From Candidatus Poribacteria bacterium (lineage in GTDB: Bacteria; Poribacteria; WGA-4E; PCPOR2b): a stretch of 64,000 bases of DNA. Position 1 is the first letter of the stretch; each line of letters opens with the position of its first letter. The translations under genes were made by a program, and so were the position numbers. The notes beneath the pieces were generated by a model. It had not been told where the DNA came from, did not search any database, and worked only from the letters and a program-made list of their open reading frames with translations. Positions 1 through 9,595 of the stretch are shown here, in pieces. The stretch is taken from contig OZ240245.1 in assembly GCA_965198175.1 (NCBI GenBank), forward strand, positions 3,648,001 through 3,712,000, given 5' to 3'.

Positions 1-725
1 CATGGTTCCAGAAAAATGGTCTTCCACTCGTATTGGTAGGTTGGCATCAACGTGTCCATTGATTCAGCAAAAAACAGGAGATGGTATTTCACATACGTTT
101 CGTCCAGCAATTTAATGCAATCATCCAGTTCCTCGAATGTCGGTATAACTTCCGGCTCGCCCTTGTCCCAATGTGCAATACGTTTATCAGCAAACTCTTC
201 ATGAATCTCTACTGCTGATTTGAGCCGTTTCAGATCATCTTCTACCATCCTGCGATTCACATGCTTTCCGCTGGCATCTGCGTATGGCACGAAGTCATCC
301 ATCTGTATCAAATCTTTCAGTTGGGCGGTGCTGGTAACCCCTACTTCTTCAAGTTCCTTCCTTCCCTCCGTTTCTAGTTGACTGATGTCAGGTCCATCAG
401 GATAGGTACAGAGGGAACGATAGTAGTCGCGGGATAGCTCTTCAGGGTTTTTGGCAATATCATCAAGCAGTCCCACAAAGGATATACTGTCCTTTTGCGG
501 CTTGATTTGCCGACGCAGCCCTGCAAGTGCATGAGAAAGATAAGTCCTCCCAAGATAGCGATAGAAAGCACTCGGCTTTTGGATACGCGGATTCGCACGG
601 ATTATGTCTTGGACTTCCCAGAACATGTTTGCATCCACAACAAGACCGCAAATCTCTTTTTCGATAGTCTTCATCCATTTCTGCCACTTTTCGAGTTTCG
701 GGCTTATCTTAAATTCTTGGTCCAT
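1..725 (-). CDS. HEPN AbiU2-like domain protein, 3' end runs off the window (missing from the ORF track)
   Basis: Hand translation from ATG at 725 gives an open frame MDQEFKISPKLEKWQKW...GLRRQIKPQKDSISFVGLLDDI...EEFADKRIAHWDK...WKTIFLEPW. The RR..SIS..LL and K.IAH.D motifs resemble the HEPN_AbiU2 family. Confidence 0.6.
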   Translation of the reverse strand, partial: MDQEFKISPKLEKWQKWMKTIEKEICGLVVDANMFWEVQDIIRANPRIQKPSAFYRYLGRTYLSHALAGLRRQIKPQKDSISFVGLLDDIAKNPEELSRDYYRSLCTYPDGPDISQLETEGRKELEEVGVTSTAQLKDLIQMDDFVPYADASGKHVNRRMVEDDLKRLKSAVEIHEEFADKRIAHWDKGEPEVIPTFEELDDCIKLLDETYVKYHLLFFAESMDTLMPTYQYEWKTIFLEP

Positions 726-738
726 GGTTAAATACCTA

Positions 739-874
739 CTCAAACGAAGAAGTTTAGCTGTCTAGGGAATCGACAATTTGTTCCATTGAAGATTCTCACA
801 ATTACCTGATGGCATGGATGAGTTGTTCTCATAAGGCTCGTATTTTGAGAATCGAGTGCTTCCGTTGGTTAGCA
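739..874 (-). mobile_element. Degenerate attC-like recombination site
   Basis: Minus strand: TGCTAAC just after the MazG stop, then ...CAGCTAAACTTCTTC-GTTTGAG just before the next ATG. The arms pair poorly. Confidence 0.35.
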
Positions 875-880
875 AAATCG

Positions 881-1194
881 TCATCTGCTTGATCCTGCAT
901 CCTGCTTCGATTTGAGTCGCCTCTGGTACTTCTTCAAGACTTCTAACAGTGCCTGTTCCAAATCAACTCCCGTTGAGTTCGCCACGCATACCAGTGAAAA
1001 GAGCAGATCGCCAAGCTCAGACCGCCACTCGTCAGTCGGCTGGAATGGTTTCCTGCCGTAAACCGTGGATGTTAGGATTTCTTTCGACACTTCACCCAGT
1101 TCCGAAACCAGATCGAGAATTCGGTGAGCGACATCGGTTTCGAGTCGATTTGTCTCCACAAATCAGCAACGTGCTTTTGGATACTCTCATTCAT
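881..1194 (-). pseudogene. MazG-like nucleotide pyrophosphohydrolase with an apparent 1-nt frameshift near 1160
   Basis: Motifs LVSELGEVSKE and ELGDLLFSL. An upstream ATG at 1194 gives MNESIQKHVAD, which joins VETNRLET only if one T is added in the GATTT run. Confidence 0.7.
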
Positions 1195-1202
1195 TATCTT
1201 TT

Positions 1203-1289
1203 GCCTAACGACCCAAGTTCAGTTGCGGCAGGACTTTGCGGAAAATGTATGGCAGACCAAAACCCGCCGCAACCCGACAAACATTAGAC
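1203..1289 (-). mobile_element. attC-like integron cassette recombination site (87 bp)
   Basis: Minus strand: GTCTAAT...TCGGGTTGCGGC...GCCGCAACTGA...GTTAGGC. Inverse core and core, L-box arms with one extra base, and the core lies 8 nt before the MazG ATG. Confidence 0.65.
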
Positions 1290-1386
1290 ATCATTCCCAA
1301 GCCAATCAGAGCAAAGGTAGATGCCATCGGGCTCCGAGATTATTTTGGAAAGATGTCTATTATCAAAACCCGAGCTCCCATGAACT

Positions 1387-2292
1387 TCAATGGCTTGTCA
1401 GAGCATTTATAAAATGATCAAAATAACAGGAAATAAATCCATTCAATTCATCGCTTCATTCTTTCTGGGCCGTTTCTATAAACAACGGGGCCTTGGACTT
1501 GTTCTTTATCCAAGTGTTCAATAGACAGACCCGATAAGTGATGAAATGTTCAACGTTTTTATAGCTTGCGCTTTTGTGTTGGCTATACTCTAACAGAAAT
1601 AAATCAAAGAATTCTATAGTCTTTTCTATACCATATTTTCGGTTTACAAACATGAACATGTAGATGGTATTGGCTATTTCATAGTCATACCAATGATAAC
1701 AGCAATCATCAAAATCGAATAGTTTGACCTGTTCATTATATAACTTCATATTGGAAGCGTTAAAATCACCATGAATTAGATCATAAGAACGATCTTCTTT
1801 GTTTAGGTTCTCCCACCAATCTAAAACGTCAAAACACTCTGGGTATTGACTGTCGGGTTCAATCTGGAAGTAAGGAGACTCATCGGCAAGTCGCCTACTA
1901 TATCGTTGGGGGTGAATTGATGTCTCATGATGGAGTTGAGCAAGGCATTTGGCTATTATAGCCACATCATTTCTGCGATTTAGGTTGGGATATTGCCCTT
2001 CAGCCCACTCGAAATAGGGGATATATTTGGTCTCATTATTTACATCAACGGTCTCAATTCATTTGTTTTGTAGTCCTTTTTGGGGCTTACAGAAATATCG
2101 AAGATGACGTCCCAGATTATTTAATAGGCGGATTTCATCCAAAAGAGCTGTCTTGCTTCGATGTTTGCTATCGGTTATTCTTATAATTTTCTTTGCGTCG
2201 CCAATTCGTGCGACGAATACAAGGTTTTGCCCCCGTCTCAATAACTTCAGAGGACCGTCAAATTGTAGTGTCTCTTCTAGCATTCTTATCAT
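1387..2292 (-). pseudogene. APH/homoserine-kinase-II-like phosphotransferase interrupted by in-frame TGA codons
   Basis: ORFs 2059-2292 and 1456-1965 share one frame, separated only by TGA at 2059-2061. Motifs LIHGDFNASN and FDFDD. A second TGA at 1456 is followed by 22 more sense codons. AT-rich. Confidence 0.75.
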
Positions 2293-2298
2293 GATATG

Positions 2299-2320
2299 CC
2301 CTAACGAACAAGTCCAGTCG
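2299..2320 (-). mobile_element. Right half of an attC-like site
   Basis: Minus strand CGACTGGACTTGTTC-GTTAGGG, 6 nt before the ATG of the phosphotransferase. No matching left arm is seen. Confidence 0.45.
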
Positions 2321-2388
2321 TATTAGGGGATTAGGTGAACACCGCCTCCCGCTAGCGACGCGACGGAATTGGCATGCCACTGGCAGTG

Positions 2389-3831
2389 TCATCTATCTTT
2401 GTCTTGGCTAAAACCGTCCCTTATCCAGTATACAAAATTGGATATCCGTTTCGGGATGGGGTATAATCCGATGCCACAAATTACAATTACTACAACAGCG
2501 AAAAACCACTCCCATTCACTTTCGGGTACATTTCCCCATACAACATATATCACCCATAACACAGTTAGCGTAACTGAGCAGGTAAAAACAACTGTTCTAA
2601 CACCTTCAGATCGAGGTTGCTTGGTTTCCAATTGTCGTTGCTGCGTTCCTCCTTTGGACCTCTTAGAAGGTACTGCATCGCCTCCTTCGGTTCCTCCTCC
2701 AGCATCAGTCCCATCACCTTCTGTTCCAGCATCTGACGCTCCTCCAGTCTCATCTAGTTCGGTTTCAGCCGTTGTCGTTTGCTCTCCACCGGTTCCAGGT
2801 TCGTCAGTGTCCAGTCCGCCAGTGTCAGCAGGTGGAGACTCTCCGGTCTCGGCTCCTCCTTCGCCTTCGTCAGCAGCTCCAGCACCTTCCGGTACAGTGG
2901 ATGTCTGCTCACCGCTCGCACTCGGCTCAGTCGTCGTTCCCGTTCCCTCTCCAGTTGTTGCTGTTCCTGGTTTCTCGTCGGGTCTTGATTCTGCTTGTTG
3001 TGGTGCCTCATTGCGTAATTCCTCCATAACACTGATGAGTTCTTCAACTGACTTGACTTCCGCCTCTAGCACGTCGCCTTGCACCGCCGCTTGCCCTTCC
3101 GCAACCTTATCTATGACAATAACTCGTGTGCCGAAAGCGGTGCTGTAACGGGAATACACAGCGCCCGCAACGTGCACATTAGCCCGCACATTTCCGTATT
3201 TCCGTACATCGTTCCAGAATTTCGCGTATGTGCGAGAGTTCATCGACATACCGCCTTTAGGACGACCAGCAACATCGATACCGCCTCCAACGATAGCAAC
3301 TAATCTGCCGGCAGGCTTCAGACGGCGCAACGCTTGGATGACATGGTTACCCGCAACCTGCAAATCGTTCTTGCCGCCCATACGCTCAGCCTGCGAGAAT
3401 GGCGGGTTCATAATCACTCGGTCAGGGACGATGCTTTCGTCCAAGAGATTGTCTAAGTTCTCGCCGTCAACATTGGTGGGGTCAAACCCTTGTCTCTTTA
3501 GACCTGCACGGCGACGCTCGCTTATCTCGTTGACATGCACAGTTGCGCCGGCTTTCCTAGCCCAGGTTGCCAAGTTTCCTGTACCAGCCGAGGGTTCTAA
3601 GACCACCATACCAGGCCGAATTCCTGCTATCCAGTTGACAGCGTAAGCGTAAGAGTGCGGTGTAGAAAACTCTTGCTGCGCCCCCGCCTCCGAATCCCTA
3701 ACCTTCTGCTTCGGTAACAGCGCCTCGACGCGCTCACGGATGCGGGCAACAATCGCTTGCGCCGCTTGCACATTCACATCAAGCGGGTTACGTGCTGGCT
3801 TTACTGACGCCACACTAGGACTCCTCCACAT
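2389..3831 (-). pseudogene. Fragment of a large mobile-element DNA methyltransferase/helicase-type protein, read through into an unrelated two-TM tail
   Basis: Motifs QEFSTP, VLEPSAGTG (motif I) and NPPF (motif IV) of amino-methyltransferases, then an acidic G/T/E-rich linker, then an abrupt shift to AT-rich hydrophobic sequence. Confidence 0.6.
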
Positions 3832-3834
3832 GAG

Positions 3835-4701
3835 TCAAAATAGGTCCGCACTAGCCTTATTACTAGGATAATCGAGACCGAGGTGATAAAACTTGTCAGG
3901 CTGTGGTTCGTGGATAACCCATTCCTTCTCAATTCTGTTGTTTTTTGGCGGCCACTCTTTCATCCGTAGAAACGGAACTGAGGGAAGACAGGAAATTAAG
4001 AATTTATAAACTGGATTTGGGTGTAAGAGCCCTACAATAGATGTTTTATCAGGAAAAACACTGAATAGCAGTATCGCTGAAATGCTACGTCTACACGTTT
4101 CCAATCTCCCACTTTTTAGTCGGAAAAAGACAGCATTTTCCAGATTGGTTACCGAATCAACATTTCCCAATTTACCAGTATTATCTGGCTTATCAATAGG
4201 CTCTAAAATCTCCGGCTCACTTGTCAGCAAAACTTCTGCACCGGCCTGACCTAAAAGCACACTAGATCCGGGATGTTCACATGTAATTACAAGAATCCGA
4301 GGACAGCAATATCCCGACATTTGCTTTGCTTTTCCGACCGCCTTACTAAGTAGCTTTGGAGTTGGGAAGGTGAAAGGTCCACCGAAACCAGCTTCGGGAA
4401 ATTCCATTGGTAATTCTGATTGGCCAGCTAGAGATTCAGCCTCAACACAAGTAACCTCGGATACGAATTCAGTACCGGCTTCTGATTCACACCGGAAGTC
4501 TACACCACCCTTATTTGAATCTTCTTCCACCTGAACATCATTACACTTAGCTCTAAAGAAACAACACGCAATCGCTTCAGCTTTTGCACCTTCGGGCTGA
4601 GATTTCAACCGGTCGCAATAGCGTTGATAATGTACCGGATATCTAGCATCCAAAAAACGTCTATGGCTATCAATTACCTTTGTTATCGAAGACATCGTCA
4701 T
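3835..4701 (-). CDS. Hypothetical protein, possible PD-(D/E)xK-like fold
   Basis: 288-aa ORF. GVDFRC...FVSEVTC loosely resembles a nuclease-fold D...ExT core. Confidence 0.5.
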   Translation of the reverse strand: MTMSSITKVIDSHRRFLDARYPVHYQRYCDRLKSQPEGAKAEAIACCFFRAKCNDVQVEEDSNKGGVDFRCESEAGTEFVSEVTCVEAESLAGQSELPMEFPEAGFGGPFTFPTPKLLSKAVGKAKQMSGYCCPRILVITCEHPGSSVLLGQAGAEVLLTSEPEILEPIDKPDNTGKLGNVDSVTNLENAVFFRLKSGRLETCRRSISAILLFSVFPDKTSIVGLLHPNPVYKFLISCLPSVPFLRMKEWPPKNNRIEKEWVIHEPQPDKFYHLGLDYPSNKASADLF

Positions 4702-4749
4702 TGAACACCTAAATTATTTTCCTTATCAGGCGATAGTGGCTTGCTACTT

Positions 4750-5253
4750 TTATTGCATCTGATCGACCAGTTCTTCCAAAAATGCAGAGTTGCCTTTGAA
4801 CGACCAAAGACTTCTGTGGATTTTCAACGACTTAACAACTTTCCCGGTTCTTAGGTCTATGAGTGAACCATACAATTTTATAATTTTGCGCTCGCTGAAT
4901 ATGCCGTCCCAACGAGAAGAATAGCTAAATGTCAGTGCATAGACAGATCCTAACTCGGTGACATTGTATGATTCAATACCTCCTCGCGCCTGCTGGTTCC
5001 TATAGTCCATATTTACGTCAAGTTTCGCCTTCCTTACAGCAACGTCATGTGAGACGACATCGTACCCTCTAGATATAAGGAGATGTTCTAGTTCGCCCGC
5101 TAAAGCTAGGGGGTCGCCGATTTTGCACATCACAGTAACAGTATCATTTTTGCTAAATTTTGCCCTTTGATGTTCCGTGACATTGACAACGGATGCGCAA
5201 CCTGATAAAAAAATCGAGAAAACTAATACATGAAGACAATGTTTACAGACCAC
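4750..5253 (-). CDS. Putative lipoprotein
   Basis: Signal peptide with lipobox FLSGC; 167 aa. Confidence 0.65.
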   Translation of the reverse strand: MVCKHCLHVLVFSIFLSGCASVVNVTEHQRAKFSKNDTVTVMCKIGDPLALAGELEHLLISRGYDVVSHDVAVRKAKLDVNMDYRNQQARGGIESYNVTELGSVYALTFSYSSRWDGIFSERKIIKLYGSLIDLRTGKVVKSLKIHRSLWSFKGNSAFLEELVDQMQ

Positions 5254-5363
5254 CTCAAAACTCCCTATAAAGATTAGTCAAAAAACTAAAAAAGAGGGTG
5301 ATTGCTGAAAGCTTCCTACTTAACCAGGACCTGTCCCCAATCGCCAAGGGTGGGTTCAGGTAA

Positions 5364-5873
5364 TCATTCGGATGACGCCCATTTTTTTATATGCCTCAAA
5401 TCTCTCACTACTGATTGTAACCCCTTAGCACCCGACTGTAGACACTGAACCAATTTCTGTAATTCCGGAACATCCGTCTCCAAAATCCCAGCGAACCCTT
5501 GTATGCTCTGTACGTCGGTCTCCAAATCGTTAGCGGACGCCTTTGAGTCTTCAACGTGCGTCCAGTAAGGCGCAAATCCAGCTTGCGGGTGTATTGTCTC
5601 ATCGAACGTAGCTAAATGTTCGCCAATCTTCCATAAAGTTTCAGCCTCTGTCCGTGCACATTCGGTGACCGTCTTCAAACCTCCAATGTTCGGCAGTAAA
5701 CCGTAAGTGACTGTCTGTAAACTTTTGATTTGCGTTGGTAAGGATTCAATGCTCGTTTGCAAAGCTTCGATGTTTGGTAGTAAACGTTCAGTAACCTCCT
5801 GGGAACGTTTAGCGACACACTGTACAAATTCAGCGTGCCGCTGGATTTCATCGTGGGACAATTTACGACTCAA
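5364..5873 (-). CDS. Hypothetical helical/coiled-coil protein
   Basis: 169 aa, SD AGGAGG upstream, heptad-like segments (LLPNIE.LQT, LLPNIG.LKT). Confidence 0.55.
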   Translation of the reverse strand: MSRKLSHDEIQRHAEFVQCVAKRSQEVTERLLPNIEALQTSIESLPTQIKSLQTVTYGLLPNIGGLKTVTECARTEAETLWKIGEHLATFDETIHPQAGFAPYWTHVEDSKASANDLETDVQSIQGFAGILETDVPELQKLVQCLQSGAKGLQSVVRDLRHIKKWASSE

Positions 5874-6022
5874 TGAAGTTCCTCCTTTCTAAACGAGATT
5901 TCACGCACCCCAAAAAATTAAAGCGTGACGAACCGGGTTCCAGTATCAAAGTATCGTTCTACCGAATGTTTCACAATCTCCTCAATTTTGGCAACCGACA
6001 ACTGCATCGCCTTGTTCGAAAC

Positions 6023-6292
6023 TCAAAGTTGATTTAGCAATCTGTCATACTCGGTATGAGAGCCGATCCAGAACCAATAGACTGCCTCATCTTCCGATAA
6101 GCTCAAAGCACGCCATCCAATTCCAACTCGGACTGAGTAAATTGGCTCTCTGGGATGCACCCGTTTGAATTGCAAACTTGGATGGTTAGCGTTTTCCCGC
6201 CAAAGACGATAGTTTTTGCGAGCTTTCTCTTTGATATTCTGGGGTAGCCGCCGAAAGCAGGAAAGAAAATCCTCTGTCAGATATGAGTTCAC
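6023..6292 (-). CDS. ParE/RelE-superfamily type II toxin
   Basis: 89 aa with the pattern F..LP..I...ARK.Y.LW..N..HPSLQFK.V...YSVRVG..WRAL. Overlaps the upstream antitoxin by 4 nt. Confidence 0.8.
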   Translation of the reverse strand: MNSYLTEDFLSCFRRLPQNIKEKARKNYRLWRENANHPSLQFKRVHPREPIYSVRVGIGWRALSLSEDEAVYWFWIGSHTEYDRLLNQL

Positions 6293-6507
6293 AACTCATC
6301 GATCTCCACCTTTTTGATACGACCTGCCTTAATGTCAGCGCGGACTTTTGCGGTGAGTTGGGCAAGTTTATCTTGTGATGCGGCAAAAGCCCCATCCCAT
6401 AGCCGTTCATCTTCAAGTTCTTCAAGAATCACAGCCGCAATTGCGTTCTGTTTTTCAGGCGGAAGGTTATAAACCTCGGTGAGTGCTTTTTCAAGAAGCT
6501 GGGTCAT
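6289..6507 (-). CDS. Cognate antitoxin
   Basis: 72-aa acidic protein (MTQLLEKAL...LPPEKQNAIA...EELEDERLWD..F) translationally coupled to the toxin. Confidence 0.75.
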   Translation of the reverse strand: MTQLLEKALTEVYNLPPEKQNAIAAVILEELEDERLWDGAFAASQDKLAQLTAKVRADIKAGRIKKVEIDEL

Positions 6508-6726
6508 AATTCTGCTCCTTTAGGACTTACACACTTTAATTGTAGATCCCTGATTCATAATGCGTAGGGTGTGTTTCTAATGCGTAATTCATATCAATAT
6601 AATCTAAGACGGGGCACGCATTACTTCTTACGGATGACTTCCTACGAATCAGCAGGCAGAGGAGGTCGGCGATTCAGCACTCACCTGCGTAAATCCTTTT
6701 GTAGTAAAATCCGAAAAGTAAACAAA

Positions 6727-6767
6727 AGAAGCCGGGTTTTTGACAACCCATCAAAAACCCGGCTTCT
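6727..6767. repeat. Perfect 17-bp inverted repeat (palindromic element or terminator downstream of the reductase)
   Basis: AGAAGCCGGGTTTTTGA-7 nt-TCAAAAACCCGGCTTCT. A related palindrome is at 48375-48406. Confidence 0.8.
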
Positions 6768-6786
6768 ATCGACAACGCCTTACATA

Positions 6787-9225
6787 TTATTCACCTTTTC
6801 GAATGACGAGGCGGTAGTGACCACCGACTTTCTTGGTGTCGGTAATCTCATGCCCGTCGTTCGTCAGGCTTTTGGGGACGTTTTCAATCGGTTCGCCGTC
6901 GTCAATTGTAATCTCAAGGAGTTGACCGACATCCATCGTCTCCAAGCGAATTTTGGCTTGCACGTAGTTGAACGGACACGCCACACCTTTGAGGTCGAGA
7001 CTATCAACGATTTCCTCGACCTTCTCAGCCTTGGGCGGCGCTTTCGGGATGCGAGCAGGACGGGCTTCGCGTTTCTTGCTTCCCGCCTCTTCCTCCTGCC
7101 GAATCCGCATCCGTCCGTAGACGTTGTGCGCTTCCTCAACGAAGAGGGTCGATTCCTCGACACGGCGGTGGGTTAGCTCCCGATCAAAGCTGGTGGCATC
7201 CTCCTCGGCTGCCTTAAACAAATGCGCCCCGAAACCCGGGAAGACAATCCCCGGCTCAAAGAACCGAACTCGGAATTCCTTGACTGTCGTCTCGTTGTCA
7301 ATGTGTTGCAGCCCTTCGGTCGTCAACAGCGCGTCTGCAGCTTTGATCATCGCTTCATAGGCGTGTTGGGCAGACGCCGTGTATTCATCTCGTTCGAGCT
7401 GTAGCCCCGCCTCGTAGATTAGCCGGTCCGCCTCTTCAAGTATGAACGACACCAACTCGACCAACGCACCCGCGCACTCGCCGACACCCTTTTTGAGTTT
7501 AAACTCCTTTGTGTCGCCGGTGTCAATATAGTAGCTGGGATCTTCCTCGAAAGTGGGGATTTGGTCGTATTGGCGGAGAATCGCTTTGACTTCGACCTTG
7601 CCCAGTCTTTTGATATAGTTCGTAAAGGATTGATCGCCGGTACGTTCGTCAATGTACTTTCCGGTCAAGTGCTCAATGAATTGCGGGATGTTCTTGCCGT
7701 GAATTTTTCCGGAGGCGAGTCCGTACGCCCCCGCGTTGTCGGTGGCATGACCACCCAACATCACCTGATAATACGGGGCGATATGTTTCCCCATGCGTCT
7801 TGATGAGCCAAAGAACCCGATGTTTGCGATGTGGTGCTGACCGCACGAATTGGGGCAGCCGCTAATCTTTATTCGCAGGTCTTGAATCTCGTCTTTCACG
7901 CCGGTTTCAAGAATATGATTCCTCAAGTGGGCAGCTAACCCGCGCGAGGACGAAATGCCGAGTTTGCAGGAATCGGTGCCTGGGCACGCGGTAATGTCAA
8001 CCAATGTTTCTGCGCCCGAAGCGGCTAAACCAATCGCATTGAGGTCCTGGTAGAGAGCAGACAAGTCGCTCATACTGACCCAGCGCAGAACGAGGTTCTG
8101 CTCGACAGTGGTACGAACCGTGTCCTTGACGTATTTGCGGGAGATGCTCGCCAATGCTCGCGCCTGATCCGCGGTAATATCTCCCAGTGGCAACGTGATG
8201 TTGACTACTGTGTATCCCGGCTGACGCTGCGAACGTACGTTAGTGGAATGCCACTGATCAAATCCTTCCGGCCTCGACGCGCCGTTGAGTTGTGACGGCA
8301 GTTTCAACGGCGTCTCGTCATACGCATCCAGATTGTCGAGATGGGCAGTCCACGCGGGGTCATAGCGCAACTGTTCGCGCTCCTCTAACACTAGGCGGCG
8401 AAACTCCTCAGCGCCGAGCTTTGCCACGACGAACTTCATCCGTGCTTTGTTCCGATTTTTGCGTTCGCCCAACCGGGTGAACACCTTCGCAATCGCCTGT
8501 GAAATTGGCAATAACTCCTCTTCAGGTACAAACTCGTCAAAGATTTTTGCCTGATGCGGCACGGCACCAAGACCACCGCCAACAAGCAACTTAAATCCTC
8601 GCTTCAGTTTCCCGTCAACCTCTTTAAGTACCGCAACCGCACCGATGTCGTGCATGTATCCTAAGCCGCAAGCGTGTTCATCGCAGCCGGAGAACGCAAT
8701 CTTGAACTTGCGTCCAAAATCTTGCGCATCTTGATGCCCCAACAAAAATGCCGACAGCGCCATTGAATGCGGGGTGACATCAAACGGCTCGTCGTTGCAG
8801 ACGCCGGCTAGTGGGCAAGCGGTGACATTGCGGACGACGTTGCCGCACGCTTCCTTGGTCGTAATGCCGACGGACGCCAACCGACGCATTAACTCTGGCG
8901 TATTATTGATATCAACGTAGTGATACTGCACATCCTGCCGCGTCGTGATGTGGATGATATTGTCCGATAATTCTTCGGCAATATCGGCAAGCATTTCCAG
9001 TTGTGCCGCGTTTAATCCTCCGAATGGAATCTTCACGCGAATCATTTGAGAGCCGTTGTCGCGTTGTCCATAGACGCCGTGACGGAGTCGGAACTCGAGG
9101 AAAATCTCCTCTGGCATTTGACCCGCTTGTACGCGACCCAGTTGCATCTCATAAATCTCAATCGCGCGGGCGTCGTCTGGTAGAATTGTACCTGGGTCAT
9201 ATGGTGCTAAACTTTCTGTCGTCAT
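6787..9225 (-). CDS. Siroheme nitrite/sulfite reductase fused to a HEPN-like helical region and a C-terminal TusA/SirA-like sulfur-carrier domain
   Basis: Motifs HITTRQDVQ, CPGTDSC and SGCPNSCG (siroheme/4Fe-4S) and C-terminal LDLKGVACPFN (TusA-like). Start placed at ATG 9225 behind SD AAGGAG. Confidence 0.85.
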   Translation of the reverse strand: MTTESLAPYDPGTILPDDARAIEIYEMQLGRVQAGQMPEEIFLEFRLRHGVYGQRDNGSQMIRVKIPFGGLNAAQLEMLADIAEELSDNIIHITTRQDVQYHYVDINNTPELMRRLASVGITTKEACGNVVRNVTACPLAGVCNDEPFDVTPHSMALSAFLLGHQDAQDFGRKFKIAFSGCDEHACGLGYMHDIGAVAVLKEVDGKLKRGFKLLVGGGLGAVPHQAKIFDEFVPEEELLPISQAIAKVFTRLGERKNRNKARMKFVVAKLGAEEFRRLVLEEREQLRYDPAWTAHLDNLDAYDETPLKLPSQLNGASRPEGFDQWHSTNVRSQRQPGYTVVNITLPLGDITADQARALASISRKYVKDTVRTTVEQNLVLRWVSMSDLSALYQDLNAIGLAASGAETLVDITACPGTDSCKLGISSSRGLAAHLRNHILETGVKDEIQDLRIKISGCPNSCGQHHIANIGFFGSSRRMGKHIAPYYQVMLGGHATDNAGAYGLASGKIHGKNIPQFIEHLTGKYIDERTGDQSFTNYIKRLGKVEVKAILRQYDQIPTFEEDPSYYIDTGDTKEFKLKKGVGECAGALVELVSFILEEADRLIYEAGLQLERDEYTASAQHAYEAMIKAADALLTTEGLQHIDNETTVKEFRVRFFEPGIVFPGFGAHLFKAAEEDATSFDRELTHRRVEESTLFVEEAHNVYGRMRIRQEEEAGSKKREARPARIPKAPPKAEKVEEIVDSLDLKGVACPFNYVQAKIRLETMDVGQLLEITIDDGEPIENVPKSLTNDGHEITDTKKVGGHYRLVIRKGE

Positions 9226-9334
9226 TGTTATTCTCCTTTGCACTAATCAACCTTTGAAGAGTCCAAAGCACTCACGGGTTTCATGTCTAGAATGGGGGGG
9301 AGACATACACGCTGTATAGATCTATCTGAGTATA

Positions 9335-9363
9335 ACTATAACGTGAATGTCTTGAGAAGTCAA
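9335..9363 (-). promoter_or_regulatory. Sigma70-type promoter for the reductase
   Basis: TTGACT-17 nt-TATAGT on the minus strand. Confidence 0.6.
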
Positions 9364-9595
9364 GTCAATTTGACTCTATTTGGACATTTCCACGCCTCCT
9401 CGGCTACTGCCGCTTCAAGGCCAACCAAAAAGGGCTTGACGGGAATTCGCCCACGCATTAAACTGTTATTGTGTGCACTCCACAAACACGGCGAACAGGA
9501 ATTCGCGTACACTCGAGTCCAGCGGGAGTTTGCAGAAGTCATCCAATTCTTGCAATTTCTCTATTTCCCCATCATACCAACGCTTAGGTTCATCA

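Noticed and set aside
2369..3148. 259-aa Pro/Ser-rich ORF on the + strand
   Set aside because: Antisense shadow of the low-complexity linker in the methyltransferase fragment.
4702..6022. Further attC sites between the genes at 3.8-6.0 kb
   Set aside because: No paired core and inverse-core palindromes were found in these intergenic gaps.
6571..7176. 201-aa + strand ORF and the many other short overlapping ORFs in the track
   Set aside because: They overlap well-supported genes in other frames or strands and show no recognisable motifs.
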